A stretch of 64,000 nt of DNA, from contig JBBTSE010000002.1 of assembly GCA_038064855.1 (NCBI GenBank), positions 72,815-136,814 of the forward strand. The letters run 5' to 3'. Below the pieces are notes generated by a model. It was not told the origin of the DNA, ran no database searches, and saw only the letters and a list, made by a program, of their open reading frames with translations. Positions within the stretch are counted from its first letter, which is position 1. Each line of letters opens with the position of its first letter. Shown here one piece after another: positions 58,101 through 64,000 of the stretch. A program made the position numbers and the translations under genes. This DNA is from Patescibacteria group bacterium (GTDB taxonomy: Bacteria > Patescibacteriota > Minisyncoccia > Ryanbacterales > GWA2-47-10b).

Positions 58101-59131
58101 GCCGTCATCCCCACACATCGATTGATATCTCAACAAGTACTCTCATTCGCCTTGCCTTGGTGATACTCGGGGTTGTTTTTCTATGGGTCATTCGTGACAT
58201 TCTGATGATTATTTTAGTGTCAATCGTGATTGCATCAGCGGTAGAACCCCTCGTACAGTGGTTTATGAAATGGCGCATGCCACGCGTACTCGCTACCTTG
58301 CTCATTTATCTTTCAGGGATGGCCTTTGTGATTGGCATCTTCTATCTGTTGGTGCCGCCGCTCGCGGGCGACTTTCAGCTCTTTTTCTCACAGTTACCCT
58401 CGCTTATCGAGACAGCGCTTGTGGGCTTTCAGCAAAAAGTTCCATTTTTCTCGTTTGATTTTGTCATCGATGCGATTCGCACCTCGACACTCAACGCTGA
58501 CCAATATGTGCGTGACGCGGTAGGTGGTTTCTTTAGCTTTTCGTCTGCCTTCTTCTCAGGCGTATTTTCGTTTGGATTCATTGTCATCATTTCCTTTTAT
58601 CTGACGGCACAGGAAGATGGTATCGCCGATGTTCTCCGTATCGTCACGCCCAAAGAATATGAAGAATACGCACTCAATCTGTGGGCGCGCTCACAGCGCA
58701 AGATTGGCAGGTGGCTCCAAGGCCAGCTTTTGCTCGGCCTTTTGGTGGGTGTGCTCGTATTTATTATGCTCACGGTATTGCGTGTTGAGCACGCGTTTTT
58801 GTTTGCGGTACTCTCGGCAGTCTTTGAGATTATTCCATACTTCGGACCCGTCATGGCAGCAATTCCCGCCATAGCAGTGACTGCCATCAAAGACCCGCTT
58901 TTGGGTCTCTTGGTCGCCGGTATTTATTTTTTGGTGCAACAAATGGAAAATCACCTGATCTATCCACAAGTAGTACGCAAGACGGTCGGTGTTCACCCGC
59001 TTTTGGCTATTATCGCGCTTCTTATTGGTGGGACGGTTGCGGGTGTTGTCGGTATTATCATTGCTATTCCTCTTGCAGTGATTCTTGTCGAGTATTTTAA
59101 CGATGTCGTTGAGCATAAGCGGATGGTTTGA
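58097..59131 (+). CDS. AI-2E family transporter
   Basis: IPYFGP, QQMENH.I.P, GIIIAIP. Confidence 0.92.
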   Translation: MSRHPHTSIDISTSTLIRLALVILGVVFLWVIRDILMIILVSIVIASAVEPLVQWFMKWRMPRVLATLLIYLSGMAFVIGIFYLLVPPLAGDFQLFFSQLPSLIETALVGFQQKVPFFSFDFVIDAIRTSTLNADQYVRDAVGGFFSFSSAFFSGVFSFGFIVIISFYLTAQEDGIADVLRIVTPKEYEEYALNLWARSQRKIGRWLQGQLLLGLLVGVLVFIMLTVLRVEHAFLFAVLSAVFEIIPYFGPVMAAIPAIAVTAIKDPLLGLLVAGIYFLVQQMENHLIYPQVVRKTVGVHPLLAIIALLIGGTVAGVVGIIIAIPLAVILVEYFNDVVEHKRMV

Positions 59132-59145
59132 TTCGGACCGACTCT

Positions 59146-60729
59146 ATGGATAAAAAATTTTATATCACGACGCCTATTTTTTATGTAAATGCGGCACCTC
59201 ATCTCGGTCACGCATATGCTGATGTGATCGCCGACACGCTTGCGCGCTGGCACAGAAATCAGGGCGAGCGAACCTTTTTTTTATCAGGTACTGACGAGCA
59301 TGGAGCAAAGATTGTGCGTGCGGCAGAAAAGGTGGGCCTTTCTACCAAAGAGTTTGTAGAGAAGCATCGCGATGAGTTCAAGAAATTGCTCACAGCACTC
59401 GGCGCCCAGCAAGATGATTTTATTTATACATCAGATAGTGAGCGGCATTGGCCGGGTGCACAGGCATTTTGGAAAAAACTTGTAGATGCAGGCGATTTGT
59501 ATAAGGCGACATATAAAGGGCTTTATTGTGTTGGACATGAGGCGTTTGTCACCGAGAAAGATTTAGTTGATGGCAAATGCGTTGATCATAATCAAGCGCC
59601 CGAAGAGATCGCAGAAGAAAATTATTTTTTTAGACTCTCCAAGTATAAAGATCGTATCCGCGAGGCAATTGCATCTGACCAAATGCAGATCCTGCCTGCG
59701 AGTCGTAAAAAAGAGATTCTCGCATTTTTGGGAGAGGGGGTAGAAGATATTAGTTTCTCACGGCCTTCAAAAGATATTTCATGGGGTATCCCCGTACCAG
59801 ATGATCACGAACATACGATGTATGTGTGGGCTGACGCGCTGACAAACTATATTAGTGCGCTTGGATACGGGCGCAGTGACGATGCAAATTTTAAAATTTT
59901 TTGGCCAGCCGACGCGCATATCATAGGCAAAGATATTCTACGATTTCATGCGGCCATTTGGCCGGGCATGTTGCTCTCAGCGGGCCTTCCATTGCCACGC
60001 CGGCTTTTGGTGACTGGCATGATTCGTTCGGCAGGACAGAAGATGAGTAAAACGCTCGGCAATGTGATCGATCCGCATGAGTTTATCAGTGCCTACGGCA
60101 AAGATGCGTTTCGTTATTTTCTCCTGCGTGAGATACCGCTCGGTGAAGACGGCGATTTTACACGCGAACGATTTGCCAATGTCTACGAGGGTAATCTCGC
60201 GCACGGCATGGGCAATCTTGTTTCGCGCACGGCTGCCATGATCAATAAATATTTTGAAGGCGAACTCCATCGACCGTCAGCGGAGGCACTTGCTACTGTG
60301 CCTACGCGCCGCGTACTCAAGCATGAGGTGCTTGCATCTCGAGTATCACTCGACGGATCCGCGCTCGATGTGTATTTTGAACGAGATATCGCCGAAGAGT
60401 TCGGGCGTGCGATGTTTGAGTATCGTCTCACTGATGCTATCACCATGCTCTCCGGTTTTTTCTCGCTCCTCGACGGATATATTCAGGATTATGAGCCGTA
60501 TCGTTTGGTAAAAACTGATCCTGATAAAACAAAGGCGGTTTTGTGGAATGTGGCAATACATATCATTCGCGCCGCGCGCCTCCTCGAAGCGTTCATGCCC
60601 GAGACCGCGGCAAAGATGACGCGTGCATTTGGCGTGACGATTGAGACGAAAGAAGATCCGGTCACTCTTCGTGTCGTGTCAGGCGAAGCACTCTTTCCTT
60701 CAAAAGTAGATGGACCGAAGGCTGATTGA
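59146..60729 (+). CDS. metG: Methionine--tRNA ligase
   Basis: PHLGHAY, GTDEHG, YVWADAL, GKDILRFH, KMSKT. Confidence 0.98.
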   Translation: MDKKFYITTPIFYVNAAPHLGHAYADVIADTLARWHRNQGERTFFLSGTDEHGAKIVRAAEKVGLSTKEFVEKHRDEFKKLLTALGAQQDDFIYTSDSERHWPGAQAFWKKLVDAGDLYKATYKGLYCVGHEAFVTEKDLVDGKCVDHNQAPEEIAEENYFFRLSKYKDRIREAIASDQMQILPASRKKEILAFLGEGVEDISFSRPSKDISWGIPVPDDHEHTMYVWADALTNYISALGYGRSDDANFKIFWPADAHIIGKDILRFHAAIWPGMLLSAGLPLPRRLLVTGMIRSAGQKMSKTLGNVIDPHEFISAYGKDAFRYFLLREIPLGEDGDFTRERFANVYEGNLAHGMGNLVSRTAAMINKYFEGELHRPSAEALATVPTRRVLKHEVLASRVSLDGSALDVYFERDIAEEFGRAMFEYRLTDAITMLSGFFSLLDGYIQDYEPYRLVKTDPDKTKAVLWNVAIHIIRAARLLEAFMPETAAKMTRAFGVTIETKEDPVTLRVVSGEALFPSKVDGPKAD

Positions 60730-61549
60730 TATCCACGCGCATGTAAACTTCAACGCCTTTCGTGATGACGGCGATGAGGTGATGCGCCGTACGCTTGCAG
60801 GCGGTGTCGGCATGATTTTAGTCGGATCTCAATACGATACATCGGCGCGCGCTATTGAATATGCTGAACGATATCCTGAAGGTGTGTGGGCGGCGGTTGG
60901 CTTACATCCTATCCATGTGGGGGATGAGATTTATGTCGACGCGCAAGAAATATCAGCATCAGGCGTGCCAGGATTTAGCTCGCGTCACGAAGAGTTTGAT
61001 TACACAAAATACAAAAAACTCGCCATACATCCAAAGACCGTGGCGATTGGCGAATGCGGCCTTGATTATTTTCGTTCAGGTGGCACAGAGGTAGGGCGCG
61101 AAAAACAGTTTGAAGTATTGCGCGCGCACATCAAACTTGCGCGCGAAGTTCGAAAACCGCTTATCATTCACTGTCGTAATGCGTACGATGATTTGGCGCG
61201 CATTTTAACCGAAGAGCATGCGGACGAGGTGGGTGGCACTATTCATTTTTTTGCGGGCACATGGGCTGACGCACAAAAGTTTTTAGATCTTGGCTTCGGT
61301 CTTTCGTTCACAGGCGTTATCACTTTTGCGCGCGATTATGATGAAACCGTAAAAAACATGCCACTCGATCGCATTATGGTTGAGACTGACGCACCCTATG
61401 TCTCTCCCGTACCCTATCGAGGACGACGTAATGAACCTTTGTATGTAGAGGAAATCGCTAAAAAAGTAGCCGAGCTCCGCGGCATCTCTTTTGATGAAGT
61501 AGCAAAAGCTACAACCGAAAACGCAAAAAGGATTTTTAAATTGATCTAA
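60710..61549 (+). CDS. tatD: TatD family nuclease
   Basis: DIHAH, GLHP, IGECGLDY, IHCR, ETDAPY. Confidence 0.96.
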   Translation: MDRRLIDIHAHVNFNAFRDDGDEVMRRTLAGGVGMILVGSQYDTSARAIEYAERYPEGVWAAVGLHPIHVGDEIYVDAQEISASGVPGFSSRHEEFDYTKYKKLAIHPKTVAIGECGLDYFRSGGTEVGREKQFEVLRAHIKLAREVRKPLIIHCRNAYDDLARILTEEHADEVGGTIHFFAGTWADAQKFLDLGFGLSFTGVITFARDYDETVKNMPLDRIMVETDAPYVSPVPYRGRRNEPLYVEEIAKKVAELRGISFDEVAKATTENAKRIFKLI

Positions 61550-61576
61550 AAATAAAAAGAGCCCCAGAATCTGGGG

Positions 61577-61963
61577 CTATGCGGCGATTGTGGTGACCGA
61601 ACGAATCTCGGTGAAGAGACGAGCCATTTTGAGCATTTGTGGCGTTGTCAGAGACCCTACAAAACGAAGCTTCCTCCTCGGTATGTTTGGTGCGAATATT
61701 CGCACTTGGGTATCGATGTAGAGCTGAAGTACGGATCGAGAGCGCACTGTGTGAGATCCGCTGCGAATTTTCTCCCATTCCTCCTTGCAGACAGCGCACA
61801 TGCGGTGGCCGTCAGAATCTTCGAGTGGGCCGTTCAGATGGTTACAGGCGGCGCATGGATTTTTCAAGCTGCCTCCTTCCGCAAATACTGTACGGTATTG
61901 CGAGAGTGTCGTCAAATATGCTACCAATAATGCGAAGTCCTTTGCGAAAGGAGGGTTCCTCAT
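61577..61963 (-). CDS. Hypothetical protein with CxxC...CxxC motif (start uncertain)
   Basis: CAAC-x15-CAVC; fills gap; hairpin 61560-61578 at its end. Confidence 0.45.
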   Translation of the reverse strand: MRNPPFAKDFALLVAYLTTLSQYRTVFAEGGSLKNPCAACNHLNGPLEDSDGHRMCAVCKEEWEKIRSGSHTVRSRSVLQLYIDTQVRIFAPNIPRRKLRFVGSLTTPQMLKMARLFTEIRSVTTIAA

Positions 61964-62747
61964 GCAGGGCTTGCAACTCTTTTTCTGGCGATTGCGAGTT
62001 CTCGTACGCGCGGTGGCACTCACGACATATATTGCTTGGTTCCATCATCGGGGTAGAGGTGTGGTGCGCAATCTCACGCGTCATCCTCGGGGTTCCCGGT
62101 CATGGAGCGACAAGACCCGTGGTCGCTACATTTGGCGTGTAGCACGGCGTTTCTGGGCGCAACCCATCATTAATTTGGCTCGCGCGCGAATCGAGGTGAT
62201 TGGCCGCGGGTATCTCGATGATACGGGCATATGCGTAGTTGCCGCGAATCACGAAAGCGCTTTTGATATACCGCTCGCGGTCGGTATCATCGAGGGTGGG
62301 CGATTCATCGTGAAGAAGGAGATTGCTCGTCTTCCGGTGTTTGGCAAGGCCGCGCTCCACGGTGGGCAAATTATCGTCGATCGCAGTAACAACGCGCAGG
62401 CGGTTGTCGCAATCAAGGCGGGGCTTGTCGTGTGGCCCAACGCACGCCTCGTCATCTTCGTGGAGGGGACGCGCACGCGAACAGGTGAGATGGGCCCCTT
62501 CAAAAAGGGCGCGTTTCATATCGCACTCGATACCAAATTGCCGATTGTACCAATGGCGATCTCAAATGCATTCCGCGTACTTCCTCCAAACTCGATTATG
62601 CGCGTCACGCCCGACGTACACGTCACGGTCGAATTCGGTAAGCCCATCATCGTTCACGCATCGGACACCGTTTTGTCACTCATGACCGAAACGCGTGCTC
62701 AGATCGAGCGTATGCGAGCAAGACATGCTGCGCGCGCCTCACCTTGA
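61962..62747 (+). CDS. plsC: 1-acyl-sn-glycerol-3-phosphate acyltransferase (PlsC family; start uncertain)
   Basis: NHESAFD, FVEGTR, FKKGAF, PIVP. Confidence 0.9.
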   Translation: MQGLQLFFWRLRVLVRAVALTTYIAWFHHRGRGVVRNLTRHPRGSRSWSDKTRGRYIWRVARRFWAQPIINLARARIEVIGRGYLDDTGICVVAANHESAFDIPLAVGIIEGGRFIVKKEIARLPVFGKAALHGGQIIVDRSNNAQAVVAIKAGLVVWPNARLVIFVEGTRTRTGEMGPFKKGAFHIALDTKLPIVPMAISNAFRVLPPNSIMRVTPDVHVTVEFGKPIIVHASDTVLSLMTETRAQIERMRARHAARASP

Positions 62748-62768
62748 TGGTGAGGCGCCTTTTTCTTT
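62735..62768 (+). terminator. Terminator after plsC
   Basis: gcgcctcacc-ttgat-ggtgaggcgc plus T-run. Confidence 0.8.
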
Positions 62769-62805
62769 GCAGAGAAACACTTTTTGGCGTACGATAAGAA
62801 AACTA

Positions 62806-64000
62806 ATGAAGAAATATAACCCGCAAGCGCTGGAGAAAAAATGGCAGTCCGTATGGCTCAAAGATCGTATCTACGAGCCTGATTTAGACGGTGCTAAAAA
62901 ACCTTTTTTCAGTCTTATGATGTTTCCGTATCCGTCAGCGGAAGGCTTACATATTGGTAGTGTACGGACATTTACCGGCGTTGATATTTATAGTCGTTTT
63001 AAAAGAATGCAGGGGTACGATGTGTTTCAGCCAATCGGACTTGATGGATTTGGCATCAATGCTGAGAATTACGCGCTGAAAATAAATAAAAATCCCAAAG
63101 AACATTCCAAGGTCACTGAAGAGAATTTTTACCGTCAACTCAATGTTATTGGTAATAGCTTTGCGTGGGAAGAAAAGCTCGAGACCTATGGTCCTGAGTA
63201 TTATCGTTGGACACAATGGCTTTTTATTCAGCTTTTTAAGGCGGGGCTTGCGTACCGCAAAAAAGCCGAGGTCAATTGGTGTCCCAAGTGCGCGACCGTA
63301 CTTGCAAACGAACAGGTTATCGCGGGAGAGTGTGAACGATGCCAGACAAAAGTTATCAAAAAAGATCTTGAGCAATGGTTTTTTAAGATCACTGATTACG
63401 CAGATAGATTGCTCGCAGGCCTCGAAAGCATAGACTGGACAGAAAAAATAAAAATCGCGCAACGCAACTGGATCGGTAAGTCTAAGGGCGCTGAGATTGA
63501 TTTTGCGCTCGCGGATATTCCCGAGCAGACAGATGGTAAACATAAACTCAAGATATTTACCACGCGGCCCGATACAATTTTTGGTGCGACTTTTTGCGTA
63601 GTTTCACCCGAGCTTGCACAAAGCTGGCTTGATGTCGGCTGGCAAGCATCTGACGATGTGCGTGCCTATATCAAAGACGCACTCGCACGGCGTGCCCTTA
63701 CCGGTAATCGCGCTGGAGAAAAAGAAAAGACTGGTATTTTCTCGGGCATCAATGCGATAAATCCAGCAACCAAAAAAGAAGTTCCCGTGTGGGTTTCCGA
63801 TTATGTACTCGCAGGATACGGTACGGGCGCGATTATGGCGGTGCCGGCGCATGACGAGCGTGATCGTGAGTTTGCAGGGAAATTTAAGCTTCCTATTAGT
63901 AATGCGCCACTTGTAACTTTTGAAGATGGTGTCCAGAGTGCAGGCGGTAACCGTAAGACAAATTTTCGTTTGCGTGATTGGCTTGTATCGCGCCAGCGGT
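62806..64000 (+). CDS. leuS: Leucine--tRNA ligase, truncated by window edge (absent from ORF track)
   Basis: Hand translation MKKYNPQALEKKWQ...MFPYPSAEGLHIGS...FTTRPDT...GTGAIMAVPAHD...LRDWLVSRQR. Confidence 0.96.
   Translation, partial: MKKYNPQALEKKWQSVWLKDRIYEPDLDGAKKPFFSLMMFPYPSAEGLHIGSVRTFTGVDIYSRFKRMQGYDVFQPIGLDGFGINAENYALKINKNPKEHSKVTEENFYRQLNVIGNSFAWEEKLETYGPEYYRWTQWLFIQLFKAGLAYRKKAEVNWCPKCATVLANEQVIAGECERCQTKVIKKDLEQWFFKITDYADRLLAGLESIDWTEKIKIAQRNWIGKSKGAEIDFALADIPEQTDGKHKLKIFTTRPDTIFGATFCVVSPELAQSWLDVGWQASDDVRAYIKDALARRALTGNRAGEKEKTGIFSGINAINPATKKEVPVWVSDYVLAGYGTGAIMAVPAHDERDREFAGKFKLPISNAPLVTFEDGVQSAGGNRKTNFRLRDWLVSRQR

Noticed and set aside
62947-63852. Minus-strand ORFs 62947-63543 and 63604-63852
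   Set aside because: Antisense shadows of leuS, which the ORF track omits because it runs off the window
1-64000. Alternative genetic code (TGA=Gly) as in Gracilibacteria/Absconditabacteria
   Set aside because: Core genes are full length under code 11 and several end at TGA (rpmC, adk, polX)
1-64000. Additional remote VR copies
   Set aside because: No second match to the cgtttcgtgttcgttcgtcctcgc block noticed by eye; diverged copies need a BLASTN search

Overview
Mostly housekeeping chromosome of a reduced-genome bacterium, most likely Patescibacteria/CPR (Parcubacteria-like). The evidence is the absence of rpmD (L30) between rpsE and rplO, the short L3, rpsJ detached from rplC, split comEC and an alpha2-type GlyRS; TGA is read as stop (code 11). 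The window holds the str/S10/spc ribosomal superoperon interrupted by two toxin-antitoxin cassettes and orphan genes, glycolytic genes, five tRNA synthetases, tmRNA and smpB. The main accessory element is a diversity-generating retroelement (DGR) at ~37.35-40.1 kb, between udg and polX: target gene with variable repeat (VR 38030-38165), template repeat (TR 38531-38666; 16 of 17 mismatches at TR adenines), an antisense avd gene and a reverse transcriptase. The most striking detail is that the best-supported avd start (ATG 39117, behind an extended -10 in the genome's leaderless arrangement) is out of frame by one base at a C9/G9 homopolymer. This suggests a slippage or phase-variation switch on the hypermutation machinery, though an assembly error is not excluded. 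Other candidates: complementarity between the TR-RNA leader and the repeats 3' of VR, an unannotated structured transcript and an acidic microprotein between fusA and tuf, a shared RWF-F/L-transmembrane N-terminal module in three orphans, an Asp-less receiver, and IleRS2 with a GLHH motif plus an inserted histidine phosphatase. All calls are by eye from the sequence and ORF track; no database searches were run.
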